Assembly (NCBI GenBank): GCA_963768835.1
Contig: CAVYJB010000001.1
Location: forward strand, 281,903 to 345,902
Source of the DNA: an uncultured bacterium
GTDB lineage: Bacteria > Patescibacteriota > Minisyncoccia > UBA6257 > GWB1-50-10
DNA: 64,000 nt
Reading direction: 5' to 3'
Made by a program: the position numbers and the translations under genes. Shown in pieces: positions 26,370-36,032 of this stretch (positions are counted from its first letter, which is position 1; each line of letters starts with the position of its first letter). The notes beneath the pieces were generated by a model. That model was not told the origin of the DNA and made no database searches. It saw nothing but the letters and a program-made list of their open reading frames with translations.

Positions 26370-26924
26370 TTAGAGCGAACGCCAATCGTAGAAATAATCC
26401 TCAAGATCGATGCTTTGATCCGGATTTAGGAGGACCTGCGACTTCCAGGTCACGTGCGAGACCACCTTGAGGGAGTGGACGATCCCGTTCGCGTCGGGGG
26501 TCATTGATATAGTCACGGTGCGCGTATAAGGAGTTGCGCGACCGTTTCCGCTATTCTGCACATAGAACCCCTCCGGAGTAAGGTAGAGTGGTTGTGGCTG
26601 GCCGAACTGACACCCCAGCAGCCCCGCCGACGTATCCGTGTCGTAGTTCACCTGGTAAGTGCAGCTTGTAAGTCCGTACCACCAGAGATGCCCGGGACCG
26701 TTCGCGATGTCCGTATAGTTCTTATCCACGATGCTCCGCATCACCTCGATGCCCTCTGCGGCAAGGTAAGTTGCGATAAACCTCTCGCTGGTCTGCCGGT
26801 TCACCACGATGGACTGCGTGAGAAGCGAGAGCACGCCGAGAAGCCCCACGACGCCGACCGAAGCCGCGACGAGAGCTTCCAGGAGCATCTGGCCGGAACG
26901 CTGGTTGTGGGGGTTACGGAACAT
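26370..26924 (-). CDS. type IV pilin-like minor pilin
   Basis: MFRNPHNQRSGQMLLEALVAASVGVVGLLGV prepilin-like N-terminus (atypical: Q instead of F at +1). Confidence 0.55.
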   Translation of the reverse strand: MFRNPHNQRSGQMLLEALVAASVGVVGLLGVLSLLTQSIVVNRQTSERFIATYLAAEGIEVMRSIVDKNYTDIANGPGHLWWYGLTSCTYQVNYDTDTSAGLLGCQFGQPQPLYLTPEGFYVQNSGNGRATPYTRTVTISMTPDANGIVHSLKVVSHVTWKSQVLLNPDQSIDLEDYFYDWRSL

Positions 26925-26931
26925 GCGATTC

Positions 26932-27540
26932 TTAGTTCGTCGTAATCTGACCTGCGTCCGAAACGACAACCCATGTCGAAACGCTCTGGCCCGCCGGCGC
27001 AAGACCGATGCGGTAGGGCAAGGAATTGCCGGACGGAGCAAACGTGGTGGGATCCGGAGGTATATAGATGAGGTCCTGCCAGCTATTGTCGTTCCCGTCT
27101 TGGAGGGTCACCAAGACCCGTGGGTCGGTGGTATAGGTTTCAAGATCCTCGTCCCGGGCTCCGACGCCCGGGACGTACTTCCCTTGGCCATGGTATCCCC
27201 CGTCCCGGCACTGGGCATTAGGGCCGTTCGCGGGATCTATGAGATCCTGGAATATGGTGAACGTGGCATTCCCCGTCGGATTCTTCACGGCGTGCACGCC
27301 GAACCCGCATGCATCCGGGTTGCTATTCAATTTCTCAATGGCGAGCGACTTGGCTCGGTAGAACATCCCCGCAATGACCGCTTGGTCCTTATCCATCGCG
27401 ATCTGGACCTCGCTCGCGCGGCTATACGTGAGAAGGATGCCCGAGAGAGACGCCATCACGGCGATAACGACCATGAGCTCGATAAGAGTGAACCCTGTGC
27501 ATAAATTCCGGCGCTCCGTTCCCTTCATAGACCACTCCAT
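26932..27540 (-). CDS. type IV pilin-like minor pilin (GspH/FimT-like)
   Basis: ...RRNLCTGFTLIELMVVIAVMASLSGILL. Start is at MEWSMKG (27540) or MKG (27528); the listed ORF extends further upstream through Arg-rich, non-coding-looking sequence. Confidence 0.6.
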   Translation of the reverse strand: MEWSMKGTERRNLCTGFTLIELMVVIAVMASLSGILLTYSRASEVQIAMDKDQAVIAGMFYRAKSLAIEKLNSNPDACGFGVHAVKNPTGNATFTIFQDLIDPANGPNAQCRDGGYHGQGKYVPGVGARDEDLETYTTDPRVLVTLQDGNDNSWQDLIYIPPDPTTFAPSGNSLPYRIGLAPAGQSVSTWVVVSDAGQITTN

Positions 27541-27593
27541 TATACAACAAAAATCGCCGGTCCTCCCCGGTGTTCGCCCGCATTGAACGGAGG

Positions 27594-28499
27594 TTAGGAG
27601 AGCCCAAAGAGACGGAAGTACCACGTAAGGATCACGGAGCCGAGAAAAACCGTGAGCGCGGAGGCGAGAACGAGAAAGGGCGCGAACGGAAGCCGGTCTT
27701 TCATCCGCTTCCGACGCCTGAGGAGCGCCACAAGACCGACAGCGCCTCCGATGAAAAAGGAGAGGAGTACTACGAATGCGATGTCGGGCCAACCAAGAAG
27801 TACGCCTATCGCAAACCCGAGCTTCACGTCTCCGAACCCCATCGCGCGTCCGCGGCTCAAGCCCCAGAGCAGCCCGAAGGAGAGGACACCGACCGCCGCG
27901 CCCAGCACCCGGTTCCAAAAAATGCTGTTCACGGGGTTGAAAAGAAGGACGTAGGGTCCGAGGAAGGAGCTGCTCGTGGGCGGAAGCGCCGCGCCATGGA
28001 GCGCGGTGAGCCCGGCGACGAAAATACCAATGAGGAGCACGCCGAATGTGAGCTCGTTCGGGATGACGTAGGTCCGGAGATCGATCGCGGCGATGAGAAG
28101 CCACGCGAGGAACGCGAGAACCCAGGCACCCACGAGCCCGTAATACCAACCCGGCGCCAAGGCCACCGCAAAGACCGCATTTGGAATCCAGTAAAGATGG
28201 TTAAAAACGAGAGGGACCGCGACGAAGATCACTCCGGAGATCAGTTCCACGAGCGGATACTGGAGTGTGAGACGCGCCCGGCAGGTCCGGCACCGGCCCC
28301 GAAGGGCAAGGAAGCTAAGAACGGGGATTAGCTCTCGAAGAGTGAGGGTTCGCCCGCAATGAGGGCAGTGAGAGCGGCCACCGAGATGCCGAAATGAAAA
28401 AAGCGGCCCCTCAGGGTCGTAGCGCAGGATAACGACGTTCAGGAAACTCCCGACATTCGCGCCAAGAATGAAGAGGAGCGCAAAGAGAATGACCGCCAT
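27594..28499 (-). CDS. pilD: prepilin peptidase / N-methyltransferase (A24 family)
   Basis: Polytopic membrane protein with the cytoplasmic Cys tetrad (CPHCGRTL...CRTCRARL) and conserved Asp-containing segments (GFGDVKL). Confidence 0.85.
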   Translation of the reverse strand: MAVILFALLFILGANVGSFLNVVILRYDPEGPLFSFRHLGGRSHCPHCGRTLTLRELIPVLSFLALRGRCRTCRARLTLQYPLVELISGVIFVAVPLVFNHLYWIPNAVFAVALAPGWYYGLVGAWVLAFLAWLLIAAIDLRTYVIPNELTFGVLLIGIFVAGLTALHGAALPPTSSSFLGPYVLLFNPVNSIFWNRVLGAAVGVLSFGLLWGLSRGRAMGFGDVKLGFAIGVLLGWPDIAFVVLLSFFIGGAVGLVALLRRRKRMKDRLPFAPFLVLASALTVFLGSVILTWYFRLFGLS

Positions 28500-28508
28500 G
28501 GGCCGCGG

Positions 28509-28991
28509 CTACCGTCCCGGGACGCCGAGCGCGACGCAGTAGGCTTTCGTATCTCCACAGACGCACGTTGGAGCGGGAAGGACCGGACTATTGCGGGGCC
28601 CGACGTTGTAGGCGATGTTATCGGTCGGTTTCCAGCTCGGGATATCTGTCGTGAGATTATTCTCCAAACAGTCACCGATCACGTAGCTGTCGCGCGAAAG
28701 CTGATAGTACTGGTATTGACCGCCCTGGGGATCCTGCGGCATGCCGGGGATGGCGGGGGTGCTTGCGTTGTAAAAAATATCTTGGGTGGGATACATCCCG
28801 TTCTCCGAGTGATAGGCCTCGAGACCGTTTTGGATCTCCCGTATGTCCGCGATGCGACGGGCGTCACGGGCGCGGCTCCGCGCGGTGCCGAGCCCCACGA
28901 GGATGGTGGAGGAGAGGAGCCCGATGATGGCGATGACCACCAGCATCTCGATGAGGGTGAACCCCGCGCGCCGCCCGGAAGTACTGTGCAT
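28509..28991 (-). CDS. type IV major pilin paralogue 1
   Basis: MHSTSGRRAG|FTLIEMLVVIAIIGLLSSTILVGLG: class III signal peptide with G-1/F+1/E+5 and Cys pairs in the C-terminal domain. Confidence 0.8.
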   Translation of the reverse strand: MHSTSGRRAGFTLIEMLVVIAIIGLLSSTILVGLGTARSRARDARRIADIREIQNGLEAYHSENGMYPTQDIFYNASTPAIPGMPQDPQGGQYQYYQLSRDSYVIGDCLENNLTTDIPSWKPTDNIAYNVGPRNSPVLPAPTCVCGDTKAYCVALGVPGR

Positions 28992-29045
28992 CGTTAGTTA
29001 GCTGATATAGCTCGGCCTATTCCCTCTATTATAGCACATCGCGCC

Positions 29046-29495
29046 TCACGAACCCGACAGCACGCCACCTTCTATGCACTGAGCATTGGGGTCTCCTTGG
29101 CACGTGAGAGGGTTTCCGTCCTGGTCCGCAGGATCGCACGGTAGCGTGCCGTTCAAGCTCACCCCAGTGGCATTCTCAAGCAATGCGCCAACAACGTAAG
29201 CCTGGCCGTCAGGACGCTGGCAGTAATAGTAAGGGTCGCCACCCTGAGGGTCGTGGGGAAGCGTACCGTTACTCGTGAGAGAGAGAAACTCGCTCGGCGG
29301 GGGGTATCCTTTTGTCGGCGTGTAGTACTCGATCTCCATGTAATTCTGGATCTGTTTCAAATCCTCTAGGCGCCGCTGGTCGCGTGCTTTTGACCGCGCG
29401 CTTCCGAGACCGATCACGACGGTCGACGCGAGGAGCGCAATGATGCCGATGACCACCAGCATCTCTATAAGCGTGAATCCTTTTCTGCCTCGCAT
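29046..29495 (-). CDS. type IV major pilin paralogue 2
   Basis: MRGRKG|FTLIEMLVVIGIIALLASTVVIGLG; start at cat 29493-29495. Confidence 0.75.
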   Translation of the reverse strand: MRGRKGFTLIEMLVVIGIIALLASTVVIGLGSARSKARDQRRLEDLKQIQNYMEIEYYTPTKGYPPPSEFLSLTSNGTLPHDPQGGDPYYYCQRPDGQAYVVGALLENATGVSLNGTLPCDPADQDGNPLTCQGDPNAQCIEGGVLSGS

Positions 29496-29505
29496 TGCGA
29501 TGGGA

Positions 29506-29937
29506 CTATTGCCCGGAGAGAAGCAGGCAGTACCGGTGCTGGTTATCGCACGAGAGCCCGCCAGGACACCTGGCCGCCACCTCGCTCGCCGGGATGGCGT
29601 TGTCGGTCCCCTCAAGGCAGGCGCCGACCTGGGCGGTGTCGCCCCCTCCTGAAACCTGGTAAGCATAAGGAACGCTGTTAGGGTCATCCTGCGGCGCCGA
29701 GCCTGTAAGCGCGGGAGGGTAACCGTTCGCGGAGCTATAGTTGATCTCGGCCCAGTTCTGGATCTGAGTCACGTCCGCCACGCGCCGCGAGTCGCGCGCT
29801 TTTATCCGCGCGCTCCCGAGACCGATAATAACGGTGGACGAGAGAAGCCCGATGATGGCAATAACCACGAGCATCTCGATGAGGGTGAAACCGCGACGAC
29901 CCCAATTATTTCTCATCATATTGTGTGCGTTTGTCAT
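29506..29937 (-). CDS. type IV major pilin paralogue 3
   Basis: ...MMRNNWGRRG|FTLIEMLVVIAIIGLLSSTVIIGLG. Start is at 29937 (MTNAHN) or 29919 (MMRNNW). Confidence 0.75.
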   Translation of the reverse strand: MTNAHNMMRNNWGRRGFTLIEMLVVIAIIGLLSSTVIIGLGSARIKARDSRRVADVTQIQNWAEINYSSANGYPPALTGSAPQDDPNSVPYAYQVSGGGDTAQVGACLEGTDNAIPASEVAARCPGGLSCDNQHRYCLLLSGQ

Positions 29938-30025
29938 CAAGTAGACCTCTCTATTATACAACAACCCGTTCGCGGAGAACGGGGTTGTTGGTATTGCCCT
30001 ACCGGCGAACTAGCTCCTTAGGAAA

Positions 30026-30439
30026 TCACTGATTGGAAACACAGTATATTACGCCGCTCTGGCAGGCTGGTGTTCCTCCACACGGATTCGTCGAGCCTGT
30101 CTGGCCTACAGGTGGTGCTTTTTCAAGAGTGGCTGCAATGTAATATTCATTATTCGACGTGCCGCACACTTCGTAGCCATAAGGGTTGTTATTCAGGGGA
30201 TCCTTGGGCATGGATGCGGGGAGTGCGGGGGGATACCCAGTTCCGGGAACAAAATTCTGTTCAACGTAGTTCTGGATCTCTTTCACGTCCGCCATTCGCC
30301 GAGCGTCTCGCGCTTGCGACCGCGCGCTCCCGAGGCCGATAACAATAATAGAGGAGAGAAGCCCGATAATGGCGATGACCACGAGCATCTCGATGAGGGT
30401 GAAACCTTTTCGGTTCTCCATGATTCTATTGGTTTTCAT
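30026..30439 (-). CDS. type IV major pilin paralogue 4
   Basis: (MKTNRI)MENRKG|FTLIEMLVVIAIIGLLSSIIVIGLG. Confidence 0.75.
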   Translation of the reverse strand: MKTNRIMENRKGFTLIEMLVVIAIIGLLSSIIVIGLGSARSQARDARRMADVKEIQNYVEQNFVPGTGYPPALPASMPKDPLNNNPYGYEVCGTSNNEYYIAATLEKAPPVGQTGSTNPCGGTPACQSGVIYCVSNQ

Positions 30440-30496
30440 TCTAATAGAAGAATTTGGACGACCTTTCGTAAGTATCTTTATTATAGCAAATACTGC

Positions 30497-31702
30497 TCAG
30501 ATGGACCGCGTAAGGTTGTAGAGAGGCAGGAGAATGGCGGCGAAGAGCCCCCCCACCAGGACGCCGATAACGACCATCATGATAGGCTGGATAAGTTCCG
30601 CGAAATTGCTCGTGGTATTCTCCGCCTCGCGCCGATAGAAATCTCCCACCTTCGAAAGAAGGATCTCAAGGCGCCCTGTCGCCTCTCCGACGGCGATGAG
30701 CTGGCCTACCAAAGGCGGGAAGAACGGCGCGTCCTTCAGGGCCTGGGACAGGAGCACGCCTTTCCGGATGGACTGAGCCGCGTTGTGCAGGATTTCCCGG
30801 TAGATGCTGTTCCCGATGGTGTGTGAGGAGATCTCAACGGCCTGCGGGATGGTAAGGCCTCCTTGGATGAGAACGCGGGCCGATTCCGCAAAGCGGGAAA
30901 GATAGAGTTTCTGGAAAAGCGGGCCGAAAATGGGGAGCCGGAGCGAAAGTTCGTCTTTTACCACCTTCCCTTCCGCCGACTGGAAGTAGTTTACAAGGAC
31001 CCCCGTGACCACGACGACAAGGATGAGGAGCAACCACCACCAGTTCAGGACGAACGTGCCGCCCGTGAGAAGAATCTTCGTATAGATCGGAAGGTCCACG
31101 CCCGACTCCGTGAAGATGGGCATGAGCTGGGGCAGCACCATCGTGAGCATCACAATCACCACGACGATGAAGAGCACGATGATAAACGCCGGGTAAATGA
31201 GGGCGCTCCGGACCTTGCTGATCAGGATATCCTGCTTCTCGAGATAGTCCGCGAGGAAATCCAGCACATCGCTCAGGCGTCCCGTAACCTCCGCCGACTT
31301 CACCATATTAATGTAGAACTCAGAGAAAACGTTCGGATGCCGGGCGAGCGCCTGGGAAAGCGAGAAACCCGATTGGATGTCGTTCCCGATCTCCGCAATG
31401 GCCTCCTTCAAAACCGGTTTCGTCGTCTGCGCATAGAGGTTCCGAAGGCTGTCTCCCAAGGGCACCTGGGACGCGAGAAGGGTCGCGAACTGCCGCGTGA
31501 AGATCATGAGATCCGCGGACCGCACACGCGAAAACATATTCGTGAGGCTGTCGTACCAGGCGCCTCCTTCCGCGCTCTCAATCGAGAGAATAAAAAGCCC
31601 GTGCGAGAGAAGGATGGTGGTCGCGGCCTCGCGAGTCGCGGCCTCCACGCTCCCCACCTGGAGCTCGCCGTCCTTGGTCCGCGCTTTGTAGGTAAACTTC
31701 AT
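30497..31702 (-). CDS. pilC: type IV pilus inner-membrane platform protein PilC (GspF family)
   Basis: Two GspF-type repeats; 401 aa; located between pilT and the pilins. Confidence 0.85.
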   Translation of the reverse strand: MKFTYKARTKDGELQVGSVEAATREAATTILLSHGLFILSIESAEGGAWYDSLTNMFSRVRSADLMIFTRQFATLLASQVPLGDSLRNLYAQTTKPVLKEAIAEIGNDIQSGFSLSQALARHPNVFSEFYINMVKSAEVTGRLSDVLDFLADYLEKQDILISKVRSALIYPAFIIVLFIVVVIVMLTMVLPQLMPIFTESGVDLPIYTKILLTGGTFVLNWWWLLLILVVVVTGVLVNYFQSAEGKVVKDELSLRLPIFGPLFQKLYLSRFAESARVLIQGGLTIPQAVEISSHTIGNSIYREILHNAAQSIRKGVLLSQALKDAPFFPPLVGQLIAVGEATGRLEILLSKVGDFYRREAENTTSNFAELIQPIMMVVIGVLVGGLFAAILLPLYNLTRSI

Positions 31703-31714
31703 GGCGGTAGAAAT

Positions 31715-32788
31715 CTAAGTTCGCTCCAGGAGAATCCGGAGCTCCGCGGGGTTCAAGGAGAACAACTCGGCCTGTTCCAGGGAAACTTCCTTTTGCTTCA
31801 CGAGGTTCACGAGGGAGCGGTTCAAAGAGATCATCCCCTCCTGCACCGAGGTCTCGATCACGAGATCGATCTGGTAGATCTTCTTCTCGCGGATCAGGTT
31901 CCGGACCGCGGAGTTCATGAGCATAACCTCCGTCACGGGCACCCGGCCGCCTCCGAGGCGCGGTACCAGCCGCTGAGAAATGATGCCGACGAGGGTGGAG
32001 GCGAGCTGTGAAACGATCTGGCCTTGCTGTTCCGAGGGGAAGGAGTCGATGATGCGGTCGATGGTCTGGGAGGCGGAGTTCGTGTGAAGCGTGGAGAAAA
32101 CCACGTGGCCCGTCTCCGCGGCCGTCATCGCGGTTGCGATGGTTTCGGGGTCGCGCATCTCGCCGATCATGACGACATCGGGGTCCTGCCGCAGAATGGC
32201 CCGAAGGGCTTCATGGAACGAGGTGGCGTCCTGCCCCACTTCGCGCTGGGAGATGATGCACCGATCCTGGGAAAAGATGTACTCAATGGGGTCCTCGACG
32301 GTGATGATGTGCTCGGTGCGTTTGTGGTTCACCTCATCCAAGATTCCCGCGAGAGTCGTGGATTTCCCGTGCCCGGCGGGGCCCACCACGAGCACAAAAC
32401 CCTGGTTCAGCTTCGCAAAATCATGGAGGATGGGCGGGAGGTTCAGTTCATCGATGGTACGGATGCGCGCGGGGATGAGCCGGAGCGCGGCCGCCATGAA
32501 GCCCCGCTGGTAGTAGACGTTCACGCGGAAGCGCGCCTTCTCCTCGTAGTCGTAGGAGAAATCGAGCTGCCGCAGCTTCAGGAACCGATCGCGCTGGTCA
32601 TCCGTCAGGAGCGCCATCACGAGCCCCTCCGTGTCCTCCTTCGTGAGGACCTGCTCCTTGGCGAGCGGGATGAGGACGCTGTCGACACGGATCGTCGGGC
32701 GACGGCCCACCGCGATGTGCAGGTCCGACGCGTTCTGGCGCGCCGTGACGAGAAGGAGTTCGTTCAATTTTTCCTTGTGGTTCTCCAT
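31715..32788 (-). CDS. pilT: twitching-motility retraction ATPase PilT
   Basis: GPAGHGKSTT Walker A, Asp box, HIITVEDPIEY, His box; about 357 aa, no N-terminal extension. Confidence 0.85.
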   Translation of the reverse strand: MENHKEKLNELLLVTARQNASDLHIAVGRRPTIRVDSVLIPLAKEQVLTKEDTEGLVMALLTDDQRDRFLKLRQLDFSYDYEEKARFRVNVYYQRGFMAAALRLIPARIRTIDELNLPPILHDFAKLNQGFVLVVGPAGHGKSTTLAGILDEVNHKRTEHIITVEDPIEYIFSQDRCIISQREVGQDATSFHEALRAILRQDPDVVMIGEMRDPETIATAMTAAETGHVVFSTLHTNSASQTIDRIIDSFPSEQQGQIVSQLASTLVGIISQRLVPRLGGGRVPVTEVMLMNSAVRNLIREKKIYQIDLVIETSVQEGMISLNRSLVNLVKQKEVSLEQAELFSLNPAELRILLERT

Positions 32789-32814
32789 AATATTTTTATT
32801 GTATCATGCTTCCT

Positions 32815-34554
32815 CTAAGAGCGCGGCGTGGCGGTCTCGCTCAAGACCTCTTCCATCGACATGCTTCCGTCGAGCGCCTTAAGAACCGCGTCCTGCCGGA
32901 GCGTTACCATCCCCTGGCGTAGAGCCTCGTCGCGGAGCGTACCTTCCGTGAATCCTCTCGTGATGAGGTCACCGAGCTCACGCGTCATCCGGAACATCTC
33001 GAAGATGGCTACGCGCCCCGCAATGCCGCGACCGTGGCAAATCTTGCAGTCCGCCTTCGGCTGCACCTGATAGACCGTGTAGGGCGGTTTGTAGGGGACG
33101 TCTTTCAAGAGCCCCTCCGGCATGTTCGCGAGGGCTTCCTCGATAGCATGTGCCGCGTCCTTCGAGGCCGCGACCGGCACCCGGCACGACGGGCAGATCT
33201 GGACCACGAGCCGCTGGGCCATGAGAAGGTTCAGGGCTGAGGACAGAAGAAAAGGAGGCACGCCGAGGTCCACAAGACGCGGGATGACACCGATGGCGTT
33301 ATTTGTGTGGATGGTCGAGAGCACCACATGGCCCGTCAAAGCTGCATTCACGGCAAGGTCCGCGGTCTCGGAATCGCGGATCTCCCCCACCATGATGACA
33401 TCAGGGTCTTGCCGGAGAATCTGCCGGAGCCCCGACGCGAACGTGTAACCGATCTCCGGCTTCACCTGGGATTGGTTGATGCCTTCCATGAAATACTCGA
33501 CCGGATCCTCGAGCGTCAGGATGTTCTGCGATTCCTTGTTGATGCGCTGCATCATCGCGTAGAGCGTCGTCGTCTTCCCGGAACCCGTGGGGCCCGAGAG
33601 GAGGAGCATCCCGAACGGACGTCCGACGGCTTCGTCCAACGCGCCTGCGTTCCATTTATTGAGGCCTAGCTGGTCGAGACCCTTCAGCCCCGTCGCCGTG
33701 TCGAGCACCCGGATCGCGACCTTCTCGCCGGCGGGCGTGGGGAAAGTCGCCACGCGGTAGTCGATGTCGCGCCCGAAAAGGAAGGTGCGGAAGCGCCCAT
33801 CCTGCGGGATGCGGGTTTCGTCGAGCTTCAGACGCGAGAGCACCTTCACGCGGGAGACGATGGGTTGAGCGAGACTCGGCGGGAGCGACGCCACCTCGCG
33901 GAGCTCTCCGTCCAGACGCATCCGGATCCGGAGGCGACCCCGCTGGGGCTCGATGTGAATGTCCGACGCCTGCTGCTGAACCGCTTCCTGAAGCGTCGAG
34001 GCCACGATCTTGATGATCGGAGCGTCGTCCGCGGAGCCGCCCTCTTCAAGCCCCACAAAATGGCCCGGCTCTTCCGCGGGCCGCCCGATTTCCTTCACCG
34101 CGGCCGCGATCTCCGTTTGGTAGGGAGCGTAGCGGCGCCACACCGCGGCGAGATCCGTCGGGGTCACGAGATAGACGCCGAGGCTCACCCCTTGCTGCTT
34201 CGCGATGAACTTCAGGGCTTCCTGCGCGCGGAGATCGTCGGGGTGCATCATCCCGACGACCAGCATGTTGCCGGATTTCGAGATGGGCGCGAGGCGATAC
34301 GTCACCGCTGTTTCCCGCGGGATAGAGCGCACGAGCTCCTCGGAAACTTCGGAGGCGTCCACCTGCTTGTAGGGGACACCTGTGAGCTCGCTCTTTACCT
34401 TGGCAACCGCGACTTCGTCCGCTTGCCGCTTCTCATAGAGAATCTCCTCGGCCGAGCGCCCAACAAACGCTCCGTCCCGGAGCGCTTGCTCAGCCTCGCT
34501 ATTGCCCACCAGCTTCCGTTTAACGAGTTCTCGGACAAGTTCCTGATCGGTCAT
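32815..34554 (-). CDS. pilB: type IV pilus assembly ATPase PilB (GspE family)
   Basis: N-terminal GspII-like domain, LLSGPTGSGKTTTL Walker A, and the tetracysteine motif CPSCR...CKICHGRG. Confidence 0.9.
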   Translation of the reverse strand: MTDQELVRELVKRKLVGNSEAEQALRDGAFVGRSAEEILYEKRQADEVAVAKVKSELTGVPYKQVDASEVSEELVRSIPRETAVTYRLAPISKSGNMLVVGMMHPDDLRAQEALKFIAKQQGVSLGVYLVTPTDLAAVWRRYAPYQTEIAAAVKEIGRPAEEPGHFVGLEEGGSADDAPIIKIVASTLQEAVQQQASDIHIEPQRGRLRIRMRLDGELREVASLPPSLAQPIVSRVKVLSRLKLDETRIPQDGRFRTFLFGRDIDYRVATFPTPAGEKVAIRVLDTATGLKGLDQLGLNKWNAGALDEAVGRPFGMLLLSGPTGSGKTTTLYAMMQRINKESQNILTLEDPVEYFMEGINQSQVKPEIGYTFASGLRQILRQDPDVIMVGEIRDSETADLAVNAALTGHVVLSTIHTNNAIGVIPRLVDLGVPPFLLSSALNLLMAQRLVVQICPSCRVPVAASKDAAHAIEEALANMPEGLLKDVPYKPPYTVYQVQPKADCKICHGRGIAGRVAIFEMFRMTRELGDLITRGFTEGTLRDEALRQGMVTLRQDAVLKALDGSMSMEEVLSETATPRS

Positions 34555-34560
34555 TGAAGG

Positions 34561-34872
34561 TCAGAGAGACTTGAAGGGATTGTCCTTCCCGGGAGGCGGG
34601 GTTGTGAGGGGGGTCGTATAGTCATGGAGAAGGCTAAATACCTTGGATTCCCGGGTGCCCGAGGTGGGGTCCACGACGGATTTGGGGTCGAGGTTCAGCT
34701 GCGAGAGGTTTTTCACGTCCTGGAGATTGCCGGGGAGCACCACGTCCACCGTCTGCGGAGCTTTGAAAAAGAGGTAGTACCCGCCCGTGACGACCGCCAC
34801 GAGGATCAAAATGAACGAGATCAGTCCGATCCAGTTCATCGGTTTCTTTTCCTGTTCTACAAGAATAGCCAT
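34561..34872 (-). CDS. small single-pass membrane protein within the pilus locus
   Basis: 103 aa with one TM segment (WIGLISFILILVAVVTGGYYLFF), positioned between pilO-like and pilB. Confidence 0.4.
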   Translation of the reverse strand: MAILVEQEKKPMNWIGLISFILILVAVVTGGYYLFFKAPQTVDVVLPGNLQDVKNLSQLNLDPKSVVDPTSGTRESKVFSLLHDYTTPLTTPPPGKDNPFKSL

Positions 34873-34876
34873 GGGG

Positions 34877-35449
34877 TTATTGCGCGTCCTGATAATATAC
34901 GTCGACCGTGAGGGAGAGGAGGTTCGTGGTATCCGCGTTCTTGCCGACGCCCGGCTGGAATTTTAGATCCGTGACATTCGCCACACGGACGCTCGTCTCA
35001 AGAAGCTGGAGAAATTGTTTCAGCTGCGGGTACGTACCCTGCGCCGCGAGCGTTATCTCAAACGTCTCGATCTGACGAATGAAGGGTTGTGTCGGCGGCT
35101 GGGTGCTAAAGACCTGCTTGAAGGCGAGGCTTGTGAGGGTCGCGCCCGCGGAGGCCGCGGTCGCCTCCACCTGACGCAGGGCTCCGATGGTTTCCTGTCC
35201 GTTCGGCATGGCGAGAGAGACGGTGGTCTGGAGGCTCGCCAGGTTCTTGAACTGCGCGATCAGGTTCTGCACCTGGGTCACCGCCTCGGACTGGTTTTGG
35301 AACAGCGCTCCCTTGGAAGCCACCTCGTTGCGTACCTGCGTGATCGTGCCAACCTCGGGGATGATAAGATTCGCGTAGACGATAATCGCCCCGATGAAAA
35401 GGAGGAGTGAAGCTCCGATACTGAGAATGCGTTTGGTGGATACGCGCAT
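34877..35449 (-). CDS. pilO: PilO-like pilus biogenesis protein
   Basis: N-terminal TM helix, coiled coil, then a C-terminal alpha/beta domain; position and size fit PilO. Confidence 0.5.
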   Translation of the reverse strand: MRVSTKRILSIGASLLLFIGAIIVYANLIIPEVGTITQVRNEVASKGALFQNQSEAVTQVQNLIAQFKNLASLQTTVSLAMPNGQETIGALRQVEATAASAGATLTSLAFKQVFSTQPPTQPFIRQIETFEITLAAQGTYPQLKQFLQLLETSVRVANVTDLKFQPGVGKNADTTNLLSLTVDVYYQDAQ

Positions 35450-35456
35450 GGTCGCT

Positions 35457-36032
35457 CTAGATGGTGGGCTTATCGAAAAACGTGGGGATGAACTTCAAGT
35501 CGATGGAGAAGGAAACGCTCCCGGGCTGGAGATCGACGCTCGACAGGAGCACGGTGGCGATCTCCGGTTGCTTCTGGAATATGCCCACCTGCGCCGCGAC
35601 CGTATCGAACGTGTCCGCGATCCCTTTGAGGTTCAGAGTGCCGTCCGAGACCTTTCCTGTCGCCTCGGTGAAGTAGAGCGTCGGCAGACTGCTCCGCTCG
35701 AGGAAAGTGAAAATGTTGGAAGAGAACGGGTGGCTCTGGAGCACCTTCTGCAGGTTGGCGATCTGGGAATAGAAGGTGATGAACCGGTCGCGGTCTTCGT
35801 TGCTCACCTGCTGTCCCAGCTGGCTGATCTGCGTATCGATGGCCTTCGACTGCGCGTTCAGGGAAGTCTCATAGCCGGCCTTCAGGCCGACGTAGGCAAA
35901 CACCGTGAGCCCGAAGATGACGATGGCGGCTACGAGGAGCTTCCACGGCCAACCGACCGGAAGGCTCTCGGTGGAGAACTCCTCCGAAATATTGCTGATG
36001 TTACCGATTGGGGACCCCTCTTGTGGTGGCAT
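35457..36032 (-). CDS. pilN: PilN-like pilus biogenesis protein
   Basis: Short cytoplasmic N-terminus, TM helix (LLVAAIVIFGLTVFAYVGL), coiled coil; overlaps the end of pilM as is common. Confidence 0.5.
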   Translation of the reverse strand: MPPQEGSPIGNISNISEEFSTESLPVGWPWKLLVAAIVIFGLTVFAYVGLKAGYETSLNAQSKAIDTQISQLGQQVSNEDRDRFITFYSQIANLQKVLQSHPFSSNIFTFLERSSLPTLYFTEATGKVSDGTLNLKGIADTFDTVAAQVGIFQKQPEIATVLLSSVDLQPGSVSFSIDLKFIPTFFDKPTI